Made by a program: the position numbers and the translations under genes
Assembly: GCA_946965045.2 (NCBI GenBank)
Contig: OX337242.1
Location: 930,001-994,000, forward strand
Source: Epithemia pelagica
Taxonomy: Eukaryota; Protista; Bacillariophyta
Direction: 5' to 3'
DNA: 64,000 bases
Shown here: positions 42,472 through 53,550 of the stretch, piece by piece
Layout: each line of letters opens with the position of its first letter
Numbering within the stretch: position 1 is the stretch's first letter
The notes under the pieces: model-generated
Database searches by the model: none
Told to the model about the DNA's origin: nothing
What the model saw: only the letters and a program-made list of their open reading frames with translations

Positions 42472-43812
42472 AGCAGAAAATACAAGAGCGGTCCCAGAGA
42501 TCAATTTAAAGATTGCCAGAAGTGTTTTGATCCAGCCAGAAACTGAAAGGGAAATCTGGATGTCGAGACGGACGAAAGTGCTCATTGGATGACAACGATG
42601 AGGCTCTACTACGGAATTCTTTTTCTACTGCTCGACTTATTCAAACCAAACTGAGAAGTTGACACACTTGGAAAGTAAAACGTCCATGGAGGATTGGTTC
42701 GGACATGGGAGACACCAACGGATCTTTGCCTTGCACATGATGGTCTAACGGATCTATCCTCGAAAAACGTGACCACAATTTGGCGAAATCTCACCTTTGG
42801 ATCCATACAATAGACATGAAACTTGTCGATGGAGAAGCTAAACTATAGAAATACTCAATCACTCATTCTCAACCATACAGATCTTTACTGGTCGAGCGTC
42901 TTGTCGTTCCTGCCGAGCAACCGTGGTTAACCGGAATGAATCAACGGTGACCTGGTACATGCTAAAACTGTTACCATGGGGCCACACATGACACGAACAA
43001 CCCGATGTGTACAAGATGCATTTGCATTCCCTCCCATGATCCTAGTTGAATCGATGGCGCCGTGATTCGCATCCGATCCACCACTTCAAGGATGGTTGGA
43101 ATTGAACCTTGGTCCATCCAAAGATACTACTTGTCCCCACGGGATAAGAAAAGATCCGAAGCGGAACAGGAGATGGAGAAGGAAGGATTCATGCGACTTT
43201 CCAGTGAGTTGCGTCGATACTCCGAGTTTTACTGGATCGTGGTGAATGCGTTAGCAGTTGGCTGTGTCGTTCCGGTTGGCGAAGACAGAAAAAGAGATGC
43301 AGCATCCCCAAATTGATGCGCGACAATGGTGATCATCATCCTCGCGAGTTTCGTCATGCAAGATGCAAGGTTGCCACGTGATTTGGAGATCATCTGTTCC
43401 AGCCATTCAAACTAGTTCCGTGCATCCGTTGTTATAAATGATAAAAAGATGGTATGGGAACCGGCATGGCAATCGTATTCGATCGTGAGAATGAACCGTT
43501 GAGATTTTCTTAGTTACTTCGTAGCACCACTCACGAGGCGGCGAGTGGTTTGTGTGATTCCCTGTGGGATCGATTTGGGGATTGGCGACAATCCGTCGTG
43601 TCTCTTGGATCTTGGATTGCCTCTCTCCTTCTCTCCCGGGCGCCAATTCCTCCCTTCTCTCTTCTGCCTCATTGTCCCCCATGGGAAGTCCCTCGTTGGG
43701 ACATGCCGTCACCTCCCCCTCTTCTTGTGAAGGATAGGCTGCGATTGGTCCTCAGTCGATCTCATCACGCGCGTCATTCCCTCGGCGAGCCACCTCAAGC
43801 ATCTATTGTACT

Positions 43813-45636
43813 ATGTACAATGGTAGAGTAGAGATACAGGGTTTCGTAAAATCGAAACCGGAAAAATCAAGAGAAAATTTTTGTCATCTGAGTCGCATGA
43901 ACGACAACCGAGTCGCTGATAAAGAAAGTACGTCGTACGTCTGCCGTTGCCGATTTCTTTCAGAATGCATTTCGTCCATCCAATCCAAAGATCCATACAA
44001 CGCAAGTGGTCACTATCCAAAGGAACAACGGCAATGGGTCAGGCTTCCAATGGAGCATTGCTTGGACCGTACTACTTCGAACGAAAATGTCCATAGATCC
44101 AACTCGGAACGACAAGAAGATAGTCGTGGCAGGAACATCCTTGATGGGGAAGGTCCTTCGAAGAAACAGAAGGTGTCCAAGGATGATGCGACGACCAGTA
44201 GGAACCAGTCTACTTTATCGAGCTCGCTGTCACTCGACCAAACTCGTGATCTAAAATCTGTGGAGGAAAGGGAGAAAGGGAAGAAGCATGGCGCACTTAG
44301 GATATGTCTTTGTTACCCATCCAACGTTTTTCCTCCAGTCTCAAATAACTTGACACCACAAGCAGAATGCAATTCACTGAAGAGTCCTGCCGCTGCGTCA
44401 ACAAACCGGGAGGTGACTGACACTCACCGAGTCCGCTATCGTTCCGGAGATTTGGTATATTACCGACCACGATCTGACAAAGAGGAAGGGTATCACGGAA
44501 TCTACCAGCATGCACTCCCCCATGCAATGAGCAGCGTGGCTCCTGCCAAGGTTCCTTCTGGCCCTCCACCGTCGGCCACAAGTCCAGTGGAAGGTTCCTA
44601 CCAGAGCGTGGAAACACGTCGATTGGTCCCCGTCTTTATTGGCGAGAAAGGAACCGACAGAATCCAACAACCAACACTATTAATTGTGACACCTACTACG
44701 GAGCGATATCGTCAAATGGCCTTGTCACAGCCGCTGCAAAATGACGATATTTTGGAAGTGGGATGTTCTACCGGCCAAACATCACAAATCCTGGTAAATC
44801 GTGGCGTGCAATCCTGGGTTGGTCTTGATACCTCGACAGAAATGATTGACAGTGTTCAAAGGATGATTCCCAACATGAAGCTTGACGAGAAACTGAGGAG
44901 TTTACAACAATCCACCCAACCATTGCACTCAACAAATCGCTGTCAACAAACGTTTAGTGTTCGAGTGGATGCTTTGTTGGATCCACTCACTGCCCGAAAG
45001 GTTGCCTTGACATTTTCACCAAGTGGTCCATCCACAGTGTTTGTCGACATTGGGGGCAATAGACCCATGGCCGCGGTTTTGAATATGCTTGACTTTTTGT
45101 GGAAACACTTTGGTCATATGAGACAAGTTATTGTCAAGAGCGAGACACTGTTTCAAAGTCTTGTGGAACAGACGGAAACAAATAATCCGAATCGAACGTC
45201 ATGCGACCACATGAATGACAATGGGTGGACCGTTCAAAGCGCATTGCAGTGGATTCGGACGCAACAACAAGTTACAGAGTCTGCTGGTGTCACAGCCGAG
45301 CATGTTGCGGGCGACCCGAAAGACCACACCTCTTCAGAAAGATCGTGTACTCCGTATACGTTTCCCAAACATGCTCTCAAAGCACCTCTTCGGTTGTCAC
45401 CGGTCGATCAAACAACACCCATTTGTCGGTACCACAATTACCATCGCAAGGGATGTCGGCGGTGGTTGCAGCAACAGGGAAAAGTACGTTCAGATTCCAC
45501 TACGGCATTCGGTGTTGATTCAAAGATGAAAGTCAATGAGGAGAAGTGTCCATTTGATCATGAGCACTGTCATTGGTGTCTGAACAAAGGGCATGTGGCA
45601 TTGGATTGTCCGTTGAGACCACGTCGAACGACATGA
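43813..45636 (+). CDS. Class I methyltransferase-like protein with C-terminal CCCH zinc finger and zinc knuckle, up to 607 aa
   Basis: DILEVGCSTG SAM-binding motif, VGLDTS, VFVDIGGNR; C-terminal CRYHNYHRKGC...CPFDH and CHWCLNKGHVALDC. Confidence 0.7.
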   Translation: MYNGRVEIQGFVKSKPEKSRENFCHLSRMNDNRVADKESTSYVCRCRFLSECISSIQSKDPYNASGHYPKEQRQWVRLPMEHCLDRTTSNENVHRSNSERQEDSRGRNILDGEGPSKKQKVSKDDATTSRNQSTLSSSLSLDQTRDLKSVEEREKGKKHGALRICLCYPSNVFPPVSNNLTPQAECNSLKSPAAASTNREVTDTHRVRYRSGDLVYYRPRSDKEEGYHGIYQHALPHAMSSVAPAKVPSGPPPSATSPVEGSYQSVETRRLVPVFIGEKGTDRIQQPTLLIVTPTTERYRQMALSQPLQNDDILEVGCSTGQTSQILVNRGVQSWVGLDTSTEMIDSVQRMIPNMKLDEKLRSLQQSTQPLHSTNRCQQTFSVRVDALLDPLTARKVALTFSPSGPSTVFVDIGGNRPMAAVLNMLDFLWKHFGHMRQVIVKSETLFQSLVEQTETNNPNRTSCDHMNDNGWTVQSALQWIRTQQQVTESAGVTAEHVAGDPKDHTSSERSCTPYTFPKHALKAPLRLSPVDQTTPICRYHNYHRKGCRRWLQQQGKVRSDSTTAFGVDSKMKVNEEKCPFDHEHCHWCLNKGHVALDCPLRPRRTT

Positions 45637-45973
45637 TCGCTCATCTTCGACAATGCTTGGATAGTGCATGAACTATGTCAAAAAGTGAACGATCTAGGAA
45701 TAAACTCAGCAAATCTCACTCTATTGGGTTGTGTATCATCTATTTATCGTTCGCCCCTGTGTATACTCATCCAAACACCTGCAGTTTGATGCCCTCTCTC
45801 GTGCCCCGTATGTCGTATCTGTGCACTTCTTTTTCTTCTAAGTTTGTCTTGTTTCACTCCTGTGTGTGTATTCTCTTCGGTATTGTCATGGATTGAAGAA
45901 GATTTCTCGAGTCGTCATGTAAAGATATACTTGTATGTAAAATGTAAAACCCACCTTCCAAATGCTCCCATCC

Positions 45974-47563
45974 TCAAATATTCATCCCTGGACCGTACGT
46001 CGAATCATGATCCGGTTTTGGTTCCCCGCTGCTCTTGGGAAAGGAATCGCAAGTCTGGACAATTGGTTCCAACGAAACCGTACTGGGGTACGACGTTTGT
46101 CCGAGAAGACGATCCATGGGCAACGTTAACCTGGACATGGTCTGGATGTGAGTCACAGATCGAATCTTCTCCGACTGTTTGCCAAACCAGAATCGCCACA
46201 CTCCCGTCATGAGAGTGACTTTGGAAGGTAAGTCCAAGGCCAGTTCGACTTCGGCCATGCCACCATCTGCAAAGTCCAAGGCGATACCATTCTCTTGTCC
46301 CTTGATCTGATAACGAAGGAGCCGCATCAGCGTCGAATCTCCAAACTTGGCCATGACATTCGAATAGACATGTTCATCAAAGCGTCGCATCTTGTCAGAA
46401 CCCGATAGATGAACCGTGTCGCCTTTGGTGACACCATCAGTAAAGTCAAAGTCCGTAGTGCTTTCCACCAGGTCTTCCCATGAGGACGTTGTGAAGGTCT
46501 TGTTGCTAGCAGGGGCAGTATTCTCACCGGATGAATGGGAGCTGTCCGAAGGCTGGAAATTGTGAAACATGAGTTCACGACTCTTCAAGAATTCACCCAC
46601 AACCTTGCGTCGATCTTCCAACAAGTTACTCTTGTTTTCGAGTTCTTCACAACGTTTCTCAATGTCCAACAGTTCTTGGTGTCGAGCCTTCTTGCGGATT
46701 CTTGTACTCTTGGCATGTTCTCTGTTGCGCGTCCTTGTTAGTTCCAATCGTTCGAGTTCGCTTAGGTCTTCGCGTTTCCGTCCTCGCTGGGGCTTTGATT
46801 TGAGAGCAGCCTCCACTTGTTCCATTCGAATATTATCGATAAAGGCTCGCCCTCCGACACTTTCTCCATCATTGAGATCCGCTGCGTGGGTCGACTTGGG
46901 AGAAATGGTTTGCGCAGGAACAGGAGCCGGCACCTGAGGTGGTTGCGGACAAGCAGGAGGAACACTTGAGAGCGTTGGAGCAGAAAATGCTGCTGCTTGT
47001 TGATGAATGAGATTCGCGTGGTGGTTCAAAGGGTTCGCTGCTGCACTGGCCGTTGCCGCAAAGGTGGCGGCACTGGCCGCTGCCGCAACTTGTAGGGCAG
47101 CAAGTTGCTCCGGCGAGAACACTCCAATGTTCCCCATGTTGGGCGCATAGGATAGCGTTGGAGCTGGAGCAATGGCAGGGGCCGACTGAGGAAGCGCAAG
47201 GTGGTTTGGTGCAATGGCGAGGTTGTTGTTCGGAATATGAGGCTTGGTTTTCTTTGGAGGAACGCGTCGCTTCTTTGGAGGTGTACTAGCCGCAGGAAGT
47301 GGTTGTGGACCGTTGTGAAATGTCATAATGTTGCTCGCAGTGGTGGCAGTATTGCCGGTTGTTGGAGAATTGGGAGCGGTCACTTGTCCTCGTGTATCGG
47401 ACCTTATTTCCAACAAGGCCGAGGCAAGCAGAGATTCATCCGTTGTTGCGGCTGCAGTATAATGAGGAGTGGGCGTGCTTCGTTGACTATCACTACCAGG
47501 ATCTTGTCGAATCATTGTCGGCATTCGAATGCTTCGCGTATCATGAGGAGTTTCTAGAAGCAT
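45974..47563 (-). CDS. bZIP transcription factor, about 529 aa
   Basis: RLELTRTRNREHAKSTRIRKKARHQELLDIEKRCEELE basic region and zipper; Ala/Pro-rich N-terminal region; first ATG at 47563. Confidence 0.85.
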   Translation of the reverse strand: MLLETPHDTRSIRMPTMIRQDPGSDSQRSTPTPHYTAAATTDESLLASALLEIRSDTRGQVTAPNSPTTGNTATTASNIMTFHNGPQPLPAASTPPKKRRVPPKKTKPHIPNNNLAIAPNHLALPQSAPAIAPAPTLSYAPNMGNIGVFSPEQLAALQVAAAASAATFAATASAAANPLNHHANLIHQQAAAFSAPTLSSVPPACPQPPQVPAPVPAQTISPKSTHAADLNDGESVGGRAFIDNIRMEQVEAALKSKPQRGRKREDLSELERLELTRTRNREHAKSTRIRKKARHQELLDIEKRCEELENKSNLLEDRRKVVGEFLKSRELMFHNFQPSDSSHSSGENTAPASNKTFTTSSWEDLVESTTDFDFTDGVTKGDTVHLSGSDKMRRFDEHVYSNVMAKFGDSTLMRLLRYQIKGQENGIALDFADGGMAEVELALDLPSKVTLMTGVWRFWFGKQSEKIRSVTHIQTMSRLTLPMDRLLGQTSYPSTVSLEPIVQTCDSFPKSSGEPKPDHDSTYGPGMNI

Positions 47564-49197
47564 GATGCGATCACTCTTCTCTCTCTCTCTTCTTCGCCCT
47601 GGTACACGTGTCTGTTGTTCGACAGGCAATTGTCTTTCTCTTTCCGTTCGGTACCGCTAAATTAGTTGATGTTGGGGCAGAAAACAGAAAGGACGACAAA
47701 ATTATTTAAGTGAGACAAGGGAGATTCCATAAGTGAAAAACAGCAAAAGGCAGCGTCGATCGCTTTGATATGCGTCACACGAATGAAATTCGAGGATGCT
47801 AGTCATCCTCCGAAAACACACGTCGCCATCTGCGTCAGTGTCTTTAGTGGCGAAAATGTCTCGCCTAACCATCGTCCGCTCCGTCCCAGACCCGCCGGCC
47901 GACAACAAGAAAAATGATTCCCGAATGAGATGCACCCATCATCGAGAATCGGAATGAGACAGGAAATAATGATCCACATGCAATATTTTCCTGGAGCCAT
48001 TCCTGGCAATAAAAGCGCACGAGGAATAGGAGAAGTCTGACTCGTACATGATCATGTGCCAAGGTGCGAGACGTATGCAGTATGCACCTTTCTCTATGAA
48101 CGACTTGCGTTCGATTGCTCTCATGAGCCTTTTACTCGAACGCAGTTGTAGACATGATGAAGACGACGGAACCGATCTTTGTTACGATCTCCTCTTGAAT
48201 CTGGATGGTCCTCTAATGAACGTTGCCCACTCGCGTTGTCGAGGAATCTGAAGAAAGCCTCACACAGTTCTCACGCATATCTGATGGCAACCAAGACGCT
48301 TCTATTCTCTCAAAGGACTCACCGTTTGTGCACCGACTTTATCTGGACCCAGATCCAACAACGTTTGTTTTCCTTACTATTGCAAGATTGTGATAAGATG
48401 GAGTTGGGATGCCAGACAGAGAAGAATGAGTCTCTCGTAAGATCCCGGACACGTCGATCTCGAGGATTTCGGATCTTTGCCTCTCAAAGCTTGCAAGGTC
48501 GAATTTGTGAAAAAGTGCAAGTTGCAGAATTGAGTGCATGCGTTCGGCTATGAGTGTGTCATCTCTTCGCGAGCGTTCGCTTGCGCCTTGCGCTCGACTC
48601 TTGCTCGCATCATCTAACGTACATAAACTATGGATGATGTCGTACATAGCCAATCAATCATCTCAGAACAGGCCTTTCTTGGCCTACTCGTACGCCTACT
48701 CCTACTCCGTCCGTACGGAACGTGCAGCTCCTGGTCTGTCGCTGTGTGCTATCGCTATGGGTATTACCTTGGGACATTGTTCAAACGGACCAAATGCCTC
48801 GCACGATCTCTCGTGGGCGAATGATACATGGCCACGAAGAGGCACTATATAACTCGTGTACTAGATACGGTCACTTTCACAAAATACACAGTTACAGGGA
48901 TTTATTCAGACTTGGATTTTTCCCTTTTTCGCAAAAGAGAAAAACGAAAGGTATGCCTACGCGTGATTGACGCGAGCTAATTACATGGCTCGCTTTTAAG
49001 CGCGCGTCGGCCCACAGTCATAGATCTCTGACGAAACGGTCACAACACACAATTTATTTGTGACTCTTGGGCAATTGCTGCACCTCCCACTCCCACCTCC
49101 CACTCCTCCCACATCAACCTTTCCGGTTTTACGGTTGACTCTCTCTGAGACTCCTATTAGAGACCCATCCAAGCGATTATCATTTCGGAAGAACATC

Positions 49198-50613
49198 ATG
49201 AAGAGTGGACACCCTCCTAAAATCCAAAAAGTCCATAATTTGTCTGATCCTTTGAAGGCATTGATTGCCAAGGCCAAGGAACTCTATCAATACAAATTGG
49301 CTTACTTCGCTCACAGTCATGACCCTCCAGCATACATTGTCGCATCTCCTGGTCGAGTGAATTTGATTGGAGAACATACGGACTACACTGGAGGTTTTGT
49401 CTTGCCCATGGCACTTTCTCAAGACTATTCCACTGTTGTTTATGGCACAGGTTATCTCAAAACCGGAAAAGGCACCGGTGATACAACAATCCGTATTCGA
49501 TTTTGCTCCGACGCTGGAGAAAATCCGGACGTCATTGAAGAGAGAAGAATCTCTGGATTTTATCCCCCACCCGAGGAATCCGATGAGCGATCCTGGGCCG
49601 ATTACGTCGTTGGCACGGTTGTTCAGTACAAGGAAGATTTGCCCAAGCAAGGATGTCACTTTGAATTGTGTTTTGCCATTGCCAGCTCGGTGCCCTTGGG
49701 TGGCGGCCTGTCTTCTTCGGCCTCTTTGGAAACTGCCGTGGCTGTTTTTGCAGAATGCTTCATGCATGATTGCGCCTTTTCCTCGGCCGACCCCAAGGTA
49801 GAAGTTGACACGGAGCGAGCTTTGCGCTGCCAAAAGGCCGAAAATGAATGGGCTCATTCTCCTTGTGGAATCATGGACCAAATGGTTGTTTCCAAAGCAA
49901 CTGAAGGAGATTTGTTGCTCATTGATTGCCGTGACTACACCACGACCCCGGTCCCAATGAAAACGGGCACGGGTGGCAAGCTCCCAGTTGTTGTTGTGAC
50001 CAACTCTCTGGTATCACACTCGATTGCGGACGGTGAATATGGCAAGAGACGTGCCGAATGCTACGATGCTGTCCAAGCCATGCAAGAAGTTCCTTTGTAC
50101 CACGTACTAAGTCTGCGAGATGCCACGATGCAGGATGTCAAGGATGCTCAAGCCAAAATGACGGACAAAATTTTTCGCCGAGCCAAGCACGTTGTCACCG
50201 AAAATCAGCGTACCAAGGAGGCCAAGATTTGCTTAAAAGTTGGCACCTGGGATCGTCTGGGAGAGCTCATGAATGCAAGCCATGCGAGTTTGAAGGATGA
50301 TTATGAAGTTTCTTGCGATGAGATAGACTTTTTAGTCGACATGGCACAGAAGTTTGATGGAGTTTACGGAAGTCGTATCACGGGCGGCGGTTTTGGTGGC
50401 TGCATCGTTACGCTCGTTCAAAGACAAGCAGCTGATGCACTTATCGAATACTTGCAAAAGGAATACAAGAGCAAGTACGATAAAGTTTGCCCCTGCTTTA
50501 CGTCCGAACCAGGAGCCGGCGCACGAGTCCTTGGCATTGATATGGATTGCAAGCCTGAAAGTGATTTCTTCAAAGATTTACCCAGTGTGAGGAAACTGAA
50601 AGAGGCCAACTAA
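49198..50613 (+). CDS. GALK: Galactokinase, 471 aa
   Basis: PGRVNLIGEHTDY, VPLGGGLSSSA, PCGIMDQ and GSRITGGGFGGC. Confidence 0.95.
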   Translation: MKSGHPPKIQKVHNLSDPLKALIAKAKELYQYKLAYFAHSHDPPAYIVASPGRVNLIGEHTDYTGGFVLPMALSQDYSTVVYGTGYLKTGKGTGDTTIRIRFCSDAGENPDVIEERRISGFYPPPEESDERSWADYVVGTVVQYKEDLPKQGCHFELCFAIASSVPLGGGLSSSASLETAVAVFAECFMHDCAFSSADPKVEVDTERALRCQKAENEWAHSPCGIMDQMVVSKATEGDLLLIDCRDYTTTPVPMKTGTGGKLPVVVVTNSLVSHSIADGEYGKRRAECYDAVQAMQEVPLYHVLSLRDATMQDVKDAQAKMTDKIFRRAKHVVTENQRTKEAKICLKVGTWDRLGELMNASHASLKDDYEVSCDEIDFLVDMAQKFDGVYGSRITGGGFGGCIVTLVQRQAADALIEYLQKEYKSKYDKVCPCFTSEPGAGARVLGIDMDCKPESDFFKDLPSVRKLKEAN

Positions 50614-50943
50614 AACAAGAATATTCCAGCCTTGGAAGTTGTGAGCATTCATCTTGACGTTGGTTAACTTTTGGCAGCATCTAGGACAACCCTGTTAATC
50701 GGAGACTTTGTTTTAACAAGTAGTTGAAGTTATGTTAGAAAGGCAAAATGCTTACGCATTAGGTTGTGTGTGGGGTAGAGTTCATTGTATCTTTTACTGC
50801 ATATTTGCCATAGCAGGAGAAGTTAAAGTTTCATGAAGAATGGATATTTATTTTATTGTGTGTAACATGGTGCCTCGAGTGCAGTACTGTATGTTTAGCC
50901 TTAATACAACAAAAGAGTTTCTTTGTGGGACCAGCAATGTGAT

Positions 50944-52926
50944 TTAAATTGGTCCACCGACAAGGATGCCAAGAAGATTCAGGTTGTCACCTGTCCGACC
51001 ACCTTCTAAAAACATTGTTGAGAGTTCTGATTGTTGAGCCTCATTTACATTGTCGTGAGAAGTGAGTGTCCATATCTCGATATTGGAAACATCAAATCTG
51101 GTTCCGCGTTCTGCGTCGTCAACGAGACAGGGATTTCCAAACGTCTCACTGGAGCTGGTGGTACCTCGCAACAACGAAGAATCCAGGTAGATACCATGAC
51201 CATAGTGCTTCCCACCATACTTCTCCGGTTTGTGACCTTTAATTTCTCCTCGACCAAGCATCAGGCATTCTTTGGAACAATATTGAACAGCTACATTGCC
51301 TGGTCTTACAGGGAAGACCTGAACCTCAGACTCTTGTACAGCCTGCTCAAAGATCGACTTGGTGGTTTCCAACCTTGAGCGCCTCATTTTCCACAGAAAA
51401 GCTTGTTGCCCTCCATACCAGCCCACGGAAAACCGCCATGAATGATTGGTGAAAGCGCCAAACACATGACCATCGACTGTTTCTATTGCCAGCACGGTTG
51501 CATTCGACGCTCGGACCTTGCGCATCATGGTCCACATGCTAGCTCCATCCCGAACCAAGGAATACTTTAGCCAGTAATTGCAGTTTGTCAGGCCTTCCGG
51601 TGCGAACGCTAGAAGCGACTCCATCAACGGTGGAGATAGCACGTGAGGATGGCAAGATACATCATCGGCCGAGGTACCGAGGATACGAAAGGGTCGGTTT
51701 GTCGGATGATCTGATTCGGTGCCTGTTTGAGTGTTGCTGTTGTTCACAGAGCGAGACGACGACGAAGACGACGACCGGCCAATGATGGGAATCCCACTAT
51801 CATTCACTTCAACGCCTTGGCCACCATCAATCCAACTGGAAATATCTTTGAATGGATCAACGTCTGTAAAACTTCGCTCCAGGGTGACGCCATCACCGTC
51901 TTCTCCCGCTTCAGCATCCGGAGATACTGCCTCTTTGGGAGGAGCTTCTCGAGATGCTCCTTCTACGGGATTATGTGATCCATCCGTACCTAGGTTCATT
52001 TGCTGCGTTTCGGAAATTTCACGGGACGAAGGTTCAACTGTGAGCGATTCGCGATCGATTTTGGCCTGTGTCATGTGAGGAGGACTCGAAGTGGGAGAAA
52101 CCTTTCGGTCCGAAGACTCGTTCACTTTGAGTTCCTCCGATTGAAGAATCGAATTTCGCTTCAAATATTCCAGAACTCTGCTCGGCTGGACCTTTTTCTC
52201 CTGATGAATTTGAAACAACTTTTGTTGCACTTTGGAATCGCGTCGCTTCGGAGGTTCCCTCACAAAATTGCCGTCCTTGCTCTGCGATTCGTCTTCACCT
52301 TTTGATATAGACAAAGAGGCCGCCGCAGCTGCCATTTCTTCGAGTTCGTTGGGCGGATCCATATTATTGGTCGGAAAAAGTGTGGGATCTTGAAGTCGAT
52401 CTCGGGCGGCTTCCATTGTCGCAACGTCCCCTTCCATAATCAGCTGTTCCAAATATTCGCGTTCTTCGACAGTGATGCCTGGTCCATCTTCCATCACTGG
52501 GTTGGGTTGTTGTTGCTTTTGATCGGAGGAGCAGGACGTAAAAGAATTGGAGGCAGCCACGACTAGTCCGCTATCGGTTCGACTGTGGTGCCTGTATCGG
52601 CTTCGAGGAGGTTGACCTCCTTCTAACATGCTCCCATCGGCATTTTCAGAAGAACGAGTTATACTTGCACGACTGTTAGTGCTGCTGTCCAATCGTAAGG
52701 CTGTCGAACTGAATCTCTGCTTGAAACGATGTTCCATCAACACCTTTATGAGAGATTTGCGTGCTTCCAGGACTCCTGCCGTTAGTTTTTCGGTTGTCGT
52801 CTGTTGATGTGGGACATCTTCCTTCTTTTCCTCAATATTCATTTGGGCATTCCTTTGTGGCTGCATGTCTTTAGCGTCGCCCAGCGACAATGATGAGGCT
52901 TTGGATGAATGAAGTGTTGTTGTCAT
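50944..52926 (-). CDS. TLDc-domain (OXR1-like) protein, 660 aa
   Basis: WLKYSLVRDGASM, VLAIETVDGHVFGAFT, LMLGRG and FDVSNIEIW after a long low-complexity N-terminus. Confidence 0.85.
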   Translation of the reverse strand: MTTTLHSSKASSLSLGDAKDMQPQRNAQMNIEEKKEDVPHQQTTTEKLTAGVLEARKSLIKVLMEHRFKQRFSSTALRLDSSTNSRASITRSSENADGSMLEGGQPPRSRYRHHSRTDSGLVVAASNSFTSCSSDQKQQQPNPVMEDGPGITVEEREYLEQLIMEGDVATMEAARDRLQDPTLFPTNNMDPPNELEEMAAAAASLSISKGEDESQSKDGNFVREPPKRRDSKVQQKLFQIHQEKKVQPSRVLEYLKRNSILQSEELKVNESSDRKVSPTSSPPHMTQAKIDRESLTVEPSSREISETQQMNLGTDGSHNPVEGASREAPPKEAVSPDAEAGEDGDGVTLERSFTDVDPFKDISSWIDGGQGVEVNDSGIPIIGRSSSSSSSRSVNNSNTQTGTESDHPTNRPFRILGTSADDVSCHPHVLSPPLMESLLAFAPEGLTNCNYWLKYSLVRDGASMWTMMRKVRASNATVLAIETVDGHVFGAFTNHSWRFSVGWYGGQQAFLWKMRRSRLETTKSIFEQAVQESEVQVFPVRPGNVAVQYCSKECLMLGRGEIKGHKPEKYGGKHYGHGIYLDSSLLRGTTSSSETFGNPCLVDDAERGTRFDVSNIEIWTLTSHDNVNEAQQSELSTMFLEGGRTGDNLNLLGILVGGPI

Positions 52927-53550
52927 GGTGGAGGTTGTTTCTATCGTGTATTTAGGAATTTAGGACTGGTTCTTCTCACTCCTTGAACCATGAACCATTC
53001 GTACTTGGGCGCCAAACGGATGAAAGGCTCGAGAATCAAAGATTGAAGCGAAGGCGCACGCGCGGCTACATTATTATGTCGATCATCTGCCCCCTTGGAT
53101 ATAGGGTAATCGGGTACGTCAGCCATGTATAGCCGTTAACTCATCTTGCTGTCCTACTTATGGGACAATCGGATCAGGTGGAATGTCGTTTGTACTTGTA
53201 CACCTATAGTTCAGAAATCAGAAGAAAGAAACATAACAAAAACTTGGATATATAGTCCGTTGGACCCACTTCGACTCGCTAATTAATCGTTGGATGAGCT
53301 AGACTTAGAAAATAGAGATTGGACGAAAATTATTTCCATCCGCTCTCCACGTGTAAGGTTTCGATGTCTTTAGTCCGTACTTCGTACGGCGTCTTTGTGC
53401 TATGCGTCCTACCTCCTACATACAGAGGTACATACCAGTTTCTTCCTATGGAACCTGGACGATCGAGCAACACCTTCACGTAATGTCTACAGACTTGGTC
53501 TTCCAGCAAATGATCCCTAAACGACGGGATCTCTCTATACGTTCATGATC

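Noticed and set aside
42480-43800. Several 60-100 aa ORFs in the gap before the methyltransferase gene
   Set aside because: No recognisable motif, no consistent strand or frame, and no repeat boundaries.
47700-49050. Short ORFs and TACTC(G/C) runs between bZIP and galactokinase
   Set aside because: Consistent with a divergent promoter region; similar TACTC/GAGTA micro-repeats occur in other intergenic parts of the window.
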